DNA from: Octopus vulgaris
Taxonomy: Eukaryota
Reading direction: 5' to 3'
Assembly: GCA_951406725.2 (NCBI GenBank)
Contig: OX597832.1
Coordinates: forward strand, 5,146,001 to 5,210,000
DNA length: 64,000 nucleotides
Below the pieces are notes generated by a model. It made no database searches. It was not told the origin of the DNA and saw only the letters and a list, made by a program, of their open reading frames with translations. Positions 51,220-63,757 of the stretch are shown one piece after another. A program made the translations under genes and the position numbers. Position 1 is the first letter of the stretch. Each line of letters opens with the position of its first letter.

Positions 51220-51413
51220 GTTAATCCAAACAAGAAAGCACAAATAAACAACAACGCGAGGACGTGGAACAAATATAGTATTATTGGACGCTCAGGAAAG
51301 AAGGAGGGTTTAACGTTTCGAGCAGAGCTCTTCGTCAGGAACATAGGAGAGGGAAAGATCCAGAGAAGGGAAGACAGAGGAAAAAAATCGCCAACGGTAC
51401 ACACACGGTCACA
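51220..51413 (-). mobile_element. Short Penelope-terminus-like element in (TA)n
   Basis: Flanked by (TA)n on both sides; carries the hammerhead at 51342-51308. Confidence 0.65.
51308..51342 (-). ncRNA. Minimal type-I hammerhead ribozyme motif with intact core
   Basis: GTTC-CTGACGA-A-GAGC tct GCTC-GAAA-CG-TT-AAAC: CUGANGA and GAAA boxes, 4-bp helix II, palindromic helix III (AACGTT), one mismatch in helix I. Confidence 0.6.
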
Positions 51414-51420
51414 TTATATA

Positions 51421-51453
<33 letters not shown>

Positions 51454-51769
51454 ATACTTTAATATCTATATAAATACACACACACACACAGATTTCGGAT
51501 GTAGTGTTGACAAGAATCCATCTGCATTTTCTCAGTCCTTCCTTACCACACACACGGTTGTGTGTGTATAAATATGGGTGACTTTAAAGAAAGATTAAAT
51601 AGAAGTATTCACATGCAAAATTGCTATCTTGTGCCTCATAGTGTGCATAGCTTTGGTTTCATTAACTCTTTCTGCCATATAAATACACATACGCGCGCGC
51701 GTGTGAGAGAGAGAGAGAGAGTGTGTGTGTGTGTGCGTGCGTGTTTGTATACACATATGTATATCTCTC

Positions 51770-52147
51770 TCTATATAAACGGCAGTTTGTCTGTGCGTGT
51801 TTCTGTGTGTCTGTTTGCTTGTACCCTCACCCTGACCACGGCTTTCAACCGATTCTGATGAAACTTGACACACACATAGCCCAATGTCATAATTCAAAAC
51901 TAACGCAGCGACAATTTTGAAAAGTTCCCCCACTTCTGAAAAAAATCGATAAATTCGACATGGGGTCGACAATCAGAAACACTAACAGCAAACTGTCTAG
52001 GGGACGCAACTTCACCTTTTTTAACTAAATAAATAATTTACCATAATTTTTTTCCATTTTTTTTGCTATTTTTTGGCTATAACTCTCTAAAAATGCTTTA
52101 TAGTTATTTCCCTTACAAACCTGAGCAACGCCGGGCGATACTGCTAG
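51770..52147 (+). mobile_element. Non-autonomous Helitron
   Basis: 5' TC start, subterminal hairpin cctgagcaacgccggg, 3' CTAG followed by T. Confidence 0.8.
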
Positions 52148-52894
52148 TATTATATATGAGTATTTCAATAATCTTTATTTTCATACACACACACAGCTTA
52201 GCATATACACTTTTCACATTGCCCACTCAAAAAATTTAAAATACATCTGCACCAACATCCACCACCGCACCAACCAACACAACCACACTTGCACCCACAC
52301 ATACACATACCTACACCACGCACTGTTGTTCCCTTTGCTTGTTTCCATGTACAGAAACATTCTGATACATGTATCCATACAAAACCAAGCCCCTTATTAC
52401 CTTCTCATCCCAACCCATAAAATGGCAGTCAACCTCGTTTGTCGACCTTTACCTTCCTCTATCATCCTCCATTCCCTTTGAATTTTTTTAATGCAACTTT
52501 GTAAAAAAAAATCAATTTCCTCGATTTTTTTTCTCTCTTTGTATTTATTTATTATTTTTTTCTGGTAAGAGACTATCATCTCAAGTATTAAACTAATACC
52601 ATATTTGTCAAACTTTCTGCATTGTTCTTTTTAATATCTATCTATCTAACTTGTCCCTCTATTATTGTCTTTTGTGTGTGTGTGTGTGTGTGGGGGGGGG
52701 GGCAAATCAAAAATAAAAACAACAAAAGTCAAAACGATTTACAATGAATATGTTAGGTCGACGATCAGGTTAAGATGGAAAAAAAGGTGTGTGACGTTTA
52801 GAGTATGGCTCTTGGTCAGAAAGAATGGTCTGGAGAGAAGGAAAAGTATAGTCCAAGTAAGCTTTTCTTGGACTATACATGGCCGTGTATATAT

Positions 52895-53155
52895 ACTTAG
52901 TATTTCTTTTGCTGAACAACTACGTTCAAGGATGTAAACACACCAACACCAGTTGTCAAGTGTTAGTGGGGAACAAACAAGCGTATACATTTATATAAAT
53001 GTATATACGATGGGCTGCTTTCAGTTTCCGTCTAACAATAAGGCTTTGGTTGACCTGAAGCTATAGTAGAAGACATTTGCCCAAGGTGCCACGCAGTGGG
53101 ACTGAACACAGAACCAATGTGGTTGGGAAGTAAACTTCTTACCATACAGCCACAC
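52895..53155 (-). mobile_element. CORE-like tRNA SINE
   Basis: Reverse complement of the family at 59380-59990. Confidence 0.8.
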
Positions 53156-53456
53156 AGGTGTGTTTATATGTACGCGCGCGCGCGTTAGACCATCCAACTA
53201 TTACCCCAAAGTTTGTAAACGAATAGGTTTGAAGCACCACAATTCCTGATCAGAGCCTGGATGAGAAATCGATAAGCTTGTACCTAGAGGTTTTGAAACG
53301 TCTACAGTCTAGACTCTAGACAACAACTGGACGTTTTGTTTTTAAACAAATATTTTACTCTAAACCAAATATATTTGCGCTATTCTGTGTATCTCCTTAT
53401 TTAAGAGACTTCGAGATTAAGGTGGTCCCATCATCAAACTTGTGTGTGTATGTATG

Positions 53457-53515
<59 letters not shown>

Positions 53516-54537
53516 GAATGAGTGAACAAACGAAAGAATGTGACACTCAAAACATTCATAAGAAGCTGAGTCAAACTGTTATTATAGGTGTGTGTGTGTT
53601 ATTAAATATCTTTTGCTCTCATAATTTAAATTCTTTGCCTCATGGTAATCAGTTTTTTGTTGACAAAAAGCTGCTCCCATTCACCAATTTACGCCCAAAT
53701 ATCTATTCACTCATACATAATATTTACTCATTATGTATTTTTAAAATACATCGCCGCTCCTATTCACAAGACAAACTATGACAATCAGTCGACCTAACCT
53801 CACACCACACCTATACTGTCTCAGAATAACTAAGCATTTGACAAACTTGAAAATAGCTGGGATAGTCATGGTAAGAATGCCTTTGATCATACGTCAAGTC
53901 TAAATCATGACCAACTCAGGGCTTAAGCAATAACAACAACAACAACAAACAGGTGAGACAACGCAGGGGTGATTTCGACTACAGTTCTGCTCCATCAGAG
54001 CCGAAATAGAGCTAATTATTAACCATCTAGTTAATGTTGTTCTGGTACTAAAAAGAGAAAGATTTTAGAACCGAAACTAATTTAGGTCATATTATCATCA
54101 TTCTGAATTTCGAGCCATTTTTATGATGAGTGTTTTAACGCAAACTTTGCAATTCTAATAATTAAATGTTGTCCTACCAATCTTATACCGTTTAATTGTT
54201 AGTAAAGCAATACTTTGATAGTTTAGGGAAATTGTCTTTTACATTAACATTACACAATTAACAACTGGAAGTAATTATAGCAGTTAGAAAAGAAAAAGAA
54301 AAAACATTAGTAGGTGAACTAGGTTGGAACAGAACTTAGCAAGCCACCTGTATCTTCTTGTGTGAAAGATATACACGTGAGAATGTACAATAAGGGCGAA
54401 CACACACAAAGACACACATTCAGTATAAAAAAGATAGATAGATAGATAGATAAATAGAGAGAGAGAGACAAACAGACAGAGAGGTTTTAATAAAAACACT
54501 AAGGGACCAAAAGAATGGAGGGAAAAAAAATACTCAC

Positions 54538-55775
54538 CTGTTGTTGTTATCAACAGGTTGGGGTAACCATTCTGGCGACCCAATGTTATATATCTGCTGT
54601 AATCTTAATAAATCGGGGCTACTAGCATAATGGTCTAATTTAGGTTTGTCATAAATGATGGGGACAGCATACAAGGGCTCTTCTATGGAGATAGGGACAG
54701 GGGTTAATTTCAATCCAGGCCTTGGTTTCTCATAAACTGTAAGAGGTCTGTGAATTTTCGTCTTGTGAGGTAAACTATAACTTGGATATGAATCGTTGTT
54801 TTTCATATCTTTTTTCATCCTTTTTTCTTCTTTCTTTTTTTCTTTCTTCAATATCTTTTTTAATTTTTTCTCCTCCTTAGAATTATTTCCAAGTATCGCC
54901 AACGAAGGCATACTGGAATATTTGCCCCTGGAATCACTTAAAGGTGATGGAGCATATTGTAACGGTTCATGTCTGGATTCATAGGGTCCGACTAAAATAA
55001 ATTCCCCTGAAGGCTTCGAAATTTTACGTTGTGCTGATATTTTTAAAGGTTGGCTTGAAAGTGGCCAAGGAGACATGTGTGGTTGTTGTTGGTGAAAAAA
55101 GTTCCGATGTGAAGTTACAGGTGGGTCGTGTTCAGTTGACGGCCTGTTAGTGATTGAAAAGTAATTAATAGGTGTGTCGTTTTTTACCTGACGTGACGTC
55201 GCTGTTTCTCCGTGTGACGTCGTCTTATCTTGCCAATCTGTGTCAGAGACGGAATTTTCAGAAACTCCCCTCCCAGAATCTTCCTCCTCCACATTTTCGG
55301 GTAGAATATACCTGGTAACTCTATCATCTAAGGTACAAGGTTTCGAGTCAGGACATTTACAATCGTTAGCTGTTTGTTCTTTTAATGAATCGAAACTTTC
55401 AGAAGATCTGTTGTTGTTTACATTATTTTCAACATCGATTGGTGTGATCACGAAAATATCTTCTCCATTCAAATCAGGACTCGGTTTTTTCTTTAGTTGA
55501 AACAATGGACGACATGGATCTGCATGAATTTTCTCATTTGTATCAGTTTTAGAAATCACAGATTTCTTTTTCAATCGAGATTTTAAAAATGCAAACCCTG
55601 GATGAATGAGATCACTTCGGAATGATGGTGTATTCGAGTTTAAACCATTTGTTAGCTTCGGCGAATTCTCAAAATTATAATTGGAAATATCTACTGGTAA
55701 ATCGTCCTCCTGAGAATTTACAATTAATTTTCCCCCCACATTTTTTTTCTTCAAAGCCCTTTGAGTCATTTTCAT
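54538..55775 (-). CDS. SHANK: Candidate alternative first coding exon of Shank (412 codons + 2 nt, low-complexity N-terminus)
   Basis: 413-aa ORF with in-frame upstream stop (55814-55812); ends at a strong donor CAG|GTGAGT in phase 2, matching the phase-2 acceptor of PDZ exon 1 (AG+T = Ser); same strand as Shank. Confidence 0.7.
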
Positions 55776-57950
55776 TAAAAATATGTAAACATCGACTACA
55801 ATAACTATTCGTTAGTTATAGTTGCTTTTTTATCCCACACCATTTTCCTCTCTTATTAATTACTAGTCTCTTCATCTATTACAGAACTCAAAGACAAGTA
55901 CCAATACTACCAATAAATATTTTAACGAATGAAAGTCGAAAGTTCCTCTGGGAAGGAGCAAAAGAAAAAAAACTTTTGTAGTTAACTTTCATCTAAATAT
56001 CGACCAAATATGATTATTTTGAAAGTAAAAAGAAAAAAAAAAAGTAAAACGAGAATATTCTTGAAGCTTCACCTAAGTATCCTTCTTAGATGAATTTTCT
56101 TTTCCGACCTCGAAACGAAGTCCTGAGTGAAAGTAATCAATAAATGTCAATATACAGGTCCAGAGCTCTATGGAACAAGTTTGTTATTAACGATTAGTAA
56201 ATGGACAGGTAGTATTGTAAAGGAAAGAGAGAGAAGAGTGGGTGATTAATGGCATCAAATGTTAACAATGTAAGTTATTTCCGAGTTAAAATAATCAGCA
56301 AAAGGTAAGGGAGACCTGCAACAGAAAAGCAGCCGTGAAATAGATGTTTGACGAAACCATATCAATGAAAGAAAGGGTGAAGGTAGATAGATGGCGAAAC
56401 AGCTACTTGTTGCTAGGGTAATAAATAAATCAGTTACAAGTAGCAAGTCAGTATTTGTTTTTTTAAACTTCCAAATTATCATTATACTTTCTTTAGCGCT
56501 CCACTGCTTTAGCTTTGAGGACATATTAAATGTTCTTATACTTAGTATAAGCTACATATTTAAAAGGAGCTGGAAATTTTTCATAAAGCCTGTCCTAACC
56601 AATATGTTGCAGTTTCTCCAGTTTAGTGGATGGCAGCTTCAGCGGCCAGCAACTGCCATGGCTAGGTAAACTAATTAGCCACCTGTAACCAATTTGCAGC
56701 ATGACGTGTCAAATGTTTTATTTAATTTTATTTTTGTCAACTTTTACTAGCAGATATTGTTTCAAAGTATAAATTATCAATACTAAAAATAAAATTAGAC
56801 TAAATTATCAGAAAGCTAACAAACAACCCTTTCACAACCATCCACCTCTGTTGCCAAGCATTAAATCCTTTCTTAGATAACACGTTATCTGCAACTGATT
56901 TTTGTTATTAATTAGGATTAACGGGATACTATAAATGTTCTTCTTAGTTTAACGGTATCACACTCTCCAATAGCTTTATGCTGCTTATAAGCATATCGAT
57001 TTTAAAGTAACTTTGTTTTTAAAATGACGCTTGATTTTTAAAAGGCATAGGATCCAGTTACATCCCGAACACAATTTCATTCTCAACTACACCGAGACGT
57101 TTTATTTAAAATATTAAGTTTAAAACAAGATGCATTCGTTTAGACAATAAAAAAAGATTGTATACAGAACATTCATTGCTTTTTTAAACGCGAAAATAAC
57201 TAAAGCTTTATAATTATAATAATAATTAAATTTTGTATCTAATTATGAGTATCTAATAAAGATATATATAGGCATAGTTGAAGTAATGAAAGAAAACAAC
57301 GGTAAAGAGTAAAATAAATTTTTAAAGTTTTAAATTCTAAAATGTCGATTAACGACAACATCAATTTTACTAGTGAGAAGTCGAGACATTTGATAATTCA
57401 TATTGTTCAGGCTGGGAGGATATTTTTGTTGATGTATTTTACTTTTATTTTCAGAAACAGTAGATGTCTGCCTGTATAATAAAAAGGCTGATATCAATAA
57501 AATTTGGTACTGACAATAAACTTAAAAGACACTATTCAGCTCTAACGAAAGTTATTCTTTATCTCCTTTATATAACGTGTTAGGCTAGACAGGTGATAGA
57601 GCGAACATTTTGACTTACAATTTTGATTTCATTCTCAAACCAGTTATTAACTGTAAAAAAAAAAAAACGTTTGTTCTACAACTCGTAATTAACTGCAGCC
57701 ATCCATTTAATCAACTACTCATTTGATAAAATACCACATTTTATATTATATAAAACTTTTATCTTTCTTTTCTCCCTTCCTTTTTTTTTGCAACACAAGT
57801 GAATTATTGATATAAAACCTTCGAACATTTTCTAAATTTATTCATTACATTTTTCGCATATTTATACTAAAATTTCAAAATATTTCGAATTAAATTTCAA
57901 AATAATTCGAATTAAAATTCGGTTTTATTCATATTTAGTACCACTTGAAA
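55776..57950 (-). promoter_or_regulatory. Candidate 5'UTR and internal promoter region of the short Shank isoform
   Basis: No recognisable repeats; CpG looks more frequent than elsewhere (judged by eye); cluster of CACCTG, CCAAT and TGACGT at 56680-56707. Confidence 0.4.
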
Positions 57951-57977
57951 TTGGACAGAAAATCAGTTCAGCAACGT

Positions 57978-59260
57978 ATAGGGGTGGGGGCAAAATGAGG
58001 GGTTTTATTGCATGTTTACCGAGACAAAACGTATTTTTTACAAATGTTCACTACCTCCCGAAAACTATATCAGCTAAGCAAATGGCCTTCCCTAAATGTA
58101 TTAAAAGCATTATAACGTAATTTGATCACTATTTAAGAAAATTATCGTTCTCTTTGAGCATATAAAAGACAAATTTTGCTGGGGCAAAATGAGTAAGACA
58201 AGATAATGTAAATTTGCCTCTTCAATCCTCCAGAAAACAGTCTCAAACACATCAATATCCATCCTTAGACATCAGGAAGGTTAGGAAGGCAAAAAAAAAA
58301 AAAAATTTAGATTCAAATATAGAGGTCAAATGAAAGAGAATGAGGGAAAAATGGCACATAATATAACATTGATGAAACTTGACTAAATAAAAAATTCTCT
58401 ATAGCTTCTTCACAATCTGCTGGAGTGTCCTCTTCATGATCTATTTACACCAGGCACATGCCATCGGTAATTATTCAGGGTAGGCAGTTGGTGAGCTTTA
58501 TGTAATAAAACGACAAAAAAATAAGTGAAACACAGGTGCACGACTGAGTTGAAGGCAGATTTACTGCCTTTATAGCCTGTAAAGAAAATGTTGTAGGTGG
58601 CACATGTACTACAGCAGTACTGTGCATAGTTTGAATACTGAGATTGAAAGGCAGGAGCAAATTATGCCAACCTAATCTACAAAAAAAAATATTTTGCATC
58701 TTATGCAGAGCAATCAGACTAACCTTTATAATTTTATTGAATTAGGTGCATATTTTGCCATGAGAGGAAAATGTTGCTATCAATCTACTTTATTCAAGGT
58801 AGGCACTGCCTACCTAGGCAGCATGTCCCTGATTTATACACCATGCAGTAAAAGAAAGAAATTACCGAAATTAGTTATTACTCATTTTACTCCATTTTAG
58901 ACATCATTTTTTTTTTTGAAACTTGAAAATATCAAATTAGACAATGATGTAGGAAAAAAATGACTTGGAATCCAACAGGGAAAAGAATATTAATTGTTAA
59001 ACACCAAAAATTATCTAAATATCTTATTAGCAACCTCAGTTACAACTAGGTCAAAGTTGAAGAAGAATTTCTTGAAAAAAGAGGACCTGTCACCAGGCTG
59101 TTTCGGAACCCTCAACTTCAACAACTTTGCTGACCAAGTTTTACTTCTAAATATGATGTAGCAATACAAAATGATGATGAAATACTTGTGACGTAATGAT
59201 TTCAAACAGGTAGGGGGAAAATAAAATCAGAAGTTACTCATTTTGCTCCCACCTCCCCAC
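57978..59260. mobile_element. About 1.3-kb non-autonomous TIR DNA transposon (Tc1/mariner-pogo/Fot1-like)
   Basis: TIRs aggggtgggggcaaaatgag / ctcattttgctcccacctcccc; internal TIR-motif copies at 58180 and 58877. Confidence 0.6.
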
Positions 59261-59379
59261 CAAATATTTCGTTCTCACAAATAAAGTAATCAGAGTTAAA
59301 TAAATAAATAAATAAAAAGTATCTTATCTTTAGTCATACATTTTTTATTATCAAATATAGAGTGGTGATTTGTGTTTAG

Positions 59380-59990
59380 GCATGGCTATGCAGTAAGAAG
59401 TTTGCTTCCCAACCACATGGTTCTGGGTTCAGTCCCAGTGTGACACCTTGGGCAAATGCTTTTTACAGTAGCTTTGGGCCAACCAAAGCCTTGTGAGTGG
59501 ATTTGGTAGACAGAAATTGGAAGAAGCCTGTCGTATATATTTATATATATAGGGAGAGTTCACGAAAGAAACAAAAGACGAAGACAGGTGGTGTACAAAA
59601 CAAACAGATGTATTAGTATAACGCTCAGGAATAGAAAAAGTCTTTTACGTTTTGAGCCTACGCTCTTCTACAGAAACGGAGACAGAAAAAAACAAGGAGA
59701 GAAAAAAATTGCGTGTAGTGGCTACTGATCTATCATGATGATATATATATATATGTGCGTGTGTGTGTGTGTATCTCTTTGTGTCTGTTTGTCCCTCACC
59801 ACTGCTTGACAGCTGGTATTGGTGTGTTTATGTCTCTCTAACTTGGTAGTTTAGCAAAAGAGACTGATAAAATACTAGGCTTAAAAAAAAAAGTAATTCC
59901 TGGGGTTGACTTGTTTGACTAAAAGCCTTCAAGGCAGTGCCCCAGCATGGCCACAGTCAAATGACTGAAATATGTAAAAGACAAAGAATA
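59380..59990 (+). mobile_element. Full-length CORE-like tRNA SINE with a hammerhead-type element (59552-59738, minus) inserted in its internal (TA)n
   Basis: Head ggcatggctatgcagtaagaag..gggttcagtccc, accttgggcaa core, 3' cagcatggccacagtcaaatgactgaaa; insert matches 44210-44402. Confidence 0.85.
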
Positions 59991-60587
59991 CCCCTCTAAG
60001 TTCAATACCACTGTTTCACATTGGGCAAGTGTTTTTATTACATCCTAGGACTGAACATTATGATAGAAATTTGTGGAAGTAAAGTGAAAACTGTGCAGAA
60101 GCCCATGGTATGTGTGTTTGTGCAAGCTTGGCTGTATAGGCACAGACGCGGCTGTGTAGTTAAACAGCTTGCTTCCCAGCCATCTGGTGTAGGATATAGT
60201 CCCATTGCACAGCACTTTGGGCAAGTATCATCTCTATTATAGCCCTGGGCTGACCAATATCCTGTGAGTGGATTCGATTGACAGAAACAGGAACAAAGTC
60301 TGTTGTGTTTATGAGTGAGTGTGTTTTTGTGTTTGAGTGTACCCTTACCTTGGTGTGATGGTTGTAAATGTGTATCACTGACATACAAATGAGGTTTGTA
60401 TGCTTCTAGTCCTCCATGAAAAATGTTTAGTCATGTGGAAATTGTACCTTGCTTAGAAAAGGTGAGGACACAATCAAAAGTGTTGAGTGATACTTTTGTT
60501 TATTCACTCACTGTTTGTGTGTGTGTGTGCATATATATGTGTATGCACATATGCATGTGTGTGTGTGTTTACATATATATTCTTTTA

Positions 60588-60955
60588 TTCTTTTACTTGT
60601 TTGTCATTTGACTGTGGCCGTGTCGGGGCACTGCCTGTATTCGAGCAAATCAAACCCAGGACTTATTCTTTGTATGCCTAGCACTTACGCTATCAGTCTC
60701 TTTTGCTGAACTGCTAAGTTACAGGGACGTAAATGCACCAGCATCGGTTGTCAAGCGATGTTGGGGGACAAACACAGACATGCACACACATATATATGAT
60801 GGGCTTCTATCAGTTTCCGTCTACCAAATCCACTCACAAGGCTTTGGTTAGCCCGAGGCTATAGCAGAAGACACTTGACCAAGGTGCCATACAGTGGAAC
60901 TGAACCTGGAACCATGCGGCTGGTAAGCAAGCTACTTACCACACAGCCACTCCTA
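60588..60955 (-). mobile_element. CORE-like tRNA SINE, full length, relatively young
   Basis: Reverse complement of the 59380-59990 unit with many CpGs retained. Confidence 0.88.
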
Positions 60956-61073
60956 ATGACTCTAGAATACTGTTTACTTTGATATATCCTTTCTAGTCAC
61001 AATTATACAACTGCCTATTTTTTCTAACAGATTCTTAAAATTAAATGTGTGTGTATGTGTATATATACATACA

Positions 61074-61126
<53 letters not shown>

Positions 61127-62004
61127 ACATACATATATAAACATACATATTTATATATACCATCATCATCATTATTGAATGCCTGTTTTCCATGTTGTCA
61201 TGAGTAGGAATGTTTGACAGGGAACCAGCAAGCTGCAGGGACTGTGTTGGGTAAGCCCCAATGTCATCTTTGGCATGGTATCTACAGCTGGATGGCCTTC
61301 CTAACACCAACCACTTTGCAGAATGCAATGGGCGTGTTTTTAGTGCCATGGCCACTAGTGTGGTTGCTATGAAACTTGTATGAAAGAAAAGACAGAGTAA
61401 AAAGAAAACGGAAAAAGTTCTCACAACTTAAGGAAGTATTTGGGAGAGGAAGGCGGAGGTGGGTGGTTGTAAGCCAGGTGTTGAAAGGCTAAAGTATGAT
61501 AGAGGGACAAGAACAAATGTCTTGCTATAGAGGAAATATATGGCTGAAGGATATAAGATATTGGTCAGCCCAGGGCTATAATAGAGATGGTACTTGCCCA
61601 AAGTGCTGTGCAATGGGACTATATCCTACACCAGATGGCTGGGAAGCAAGCTGTTTAACTACACAGCCGTACCTGTGCCTATACAGCCAAGCTTGCACAT
61701 ACACACATACCATGGGCTTCTGCACAGTTTTCACTTTTCTACTACAAAGTAAGATAGTAATAGGGTGCTAGAACAAACTCTCAGGGAACAAAGTGAGCAT
61801 AAGAGAGGACAGGGCAGGTGGATCATGGGAGGGGATGAGAGAGTGGATGCTCTCATAAGAGTGTGAGGTGTAAGTAAAGGTTAATGTAGTGAGTGGGTAT
61901 GCATACGATGGGAAATATCAGTATCTAGAGGGGTAAAGAGGGAGATATATGATGTACATCTTGGTTTTAGAATAGGCATACCATGTCTGTATGTGTCATA
62001 AGAA

Positions 62005-62562
62005 GTACTTACTTGTACTTGTGACAGCGTTCACCCAAGGCAGGTTGAGCCGGCTTCTAAGGTCCTGACGGTATCATGATCCATGGCGGCCCACGCTCGA
62101 CAGTCCTGTGCGAGGTCACTGGAGATAGCAAGCCATCTGCGCAGACCAACCACTTGCGGACCTGAGACTTCAGAGAGTTCCTCCTTTATCGTCGTTGCCC
62201 AGGTTTTCAACTGCCCGCCTGTGCGTTTGCACCAGTTGGGAAGTGGAGGTGGAAGGAGGACATCGTGAATCAGCTCACCCTCTGGACGCCGGGCCGCATG
62301 ACCGAATCACCTTAAGTGCTGTTGTAGAAGCACTGAAGGGAGGGGCTGGAGATTCAGGTGACGATGAAGACCGGCTGTAGGAACCTGATCAATGCGGCGG
62401 AGACAGTCATTGTCGAACACCTCCAGCCTTCGCTGATCGACTACCCTCATAGGCCATGTTTCACAACCATAGAGGAGGATAGTACGAATGACGGCCTGGT
62501 AGATTTGCCCTTTGGTCACCGAGGAGATCTCTCCTGGAGGCGCACGAATGCAGATCTGGCAG
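62005..62562 (-). mobile_element. RTE-clade LINE 3' fragment, GC-rich
   Basis: TKGQIYQAVIRTILLYGCETWPMRVVDQRRLEVFDNDCLRRI..LQQHLR*FGHA; (AAGT/CAAGTA)n tail near 62005-62020. Confidence 0.88.
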
Positions 62563-63757
62563 CACCTATGTGATGCTCAACCTCGGCTGCATCCTGACCC
62601 ATTGGAACCAACATAAGAAGTGACTAAAAGGCATAAGGGATGGTGACTGGAAGGGCATGGAGCCATAATACGTTGCATCAGAAAACCTGTTAAGCATGGA
62701 AAAGCAGATTTATGATGATGAATATTTAGTGTATATAAGGGGTTATAATCCAAGCCATAAACAAACACATAAAGATGTATACATCATGGTCATCATCACC
62801 ATCATTTAACGTCTGCTCTCCATGCTGGCATGGGTTAGATGGTTTGATTGGAGCTGATGAGCTGCACCAAGTTCCAGTCTGATCTGGCACGGTTTCTACA
62901 GCTGGATGCTCTTCCTAATGCCAAATGCCTTTCTTGATGTTATTTTTAACGTGTTCTTGTACATTTGAACGTAAAAGGCATTTGAAGCAGGAGTTTGGCT
63001 GTAAAAGCACATCAGGCAGAACACCAAGTGATGCCACTGGACTACCAAATCATAGAACAAACATATTCTCATGTGTACTACGCACACACACACACACGTG
63101 TGTATGATGGGCTTTGTACAGTTTTCATCTCCCAAATTCATTCACAAGGCACTTGCCCAAGGTACCACACATCTGAACTGAAACCAGAGCCATGTGGTAG
63201 TGAAGCAAACTTCTTAACTACACTGCTATACCTACTCCTGTATGTATGTGTGTGTGATTCATCAATGTATATTGACAAAGGGTTATAAATACTGATGAGA
63301 GACCAAAAAAAAAAAAAAAATGGAAGTGGTGACACTCTCTTGACCCTCTTGCTTTTAGAAATGCACTGAACCAATAATTAACTTGCTGGAATTCTGTAAC
63401 TAATGATATTATTGTCCAGAAATTGTGGTGTAAAACATATAAATATATAATCACATTCTCGTCTTATCTGTACAGTCTGTCTGAATGAAATTCACATTGC
63501 TATCTGATATGTCATGTATCATCATCATCATCATCCACAATAACATTTCAATGTTCACATTTCCCTGTTTGCATGGGTCAAACAAAATTTATAGAGGTGG
63601 GTTTTCTATAGCTGGATGCCCTGCCAGTTACTAACCTTTACTTGTTTCCAAGCAAGGTAATATTTCCCTATAGCCAGACATATTTTCACACAATAATTGA
63701 AATGAATAATATTCATTTATAACAATGACACAATATCTAGACAAAGGGACACAAACA

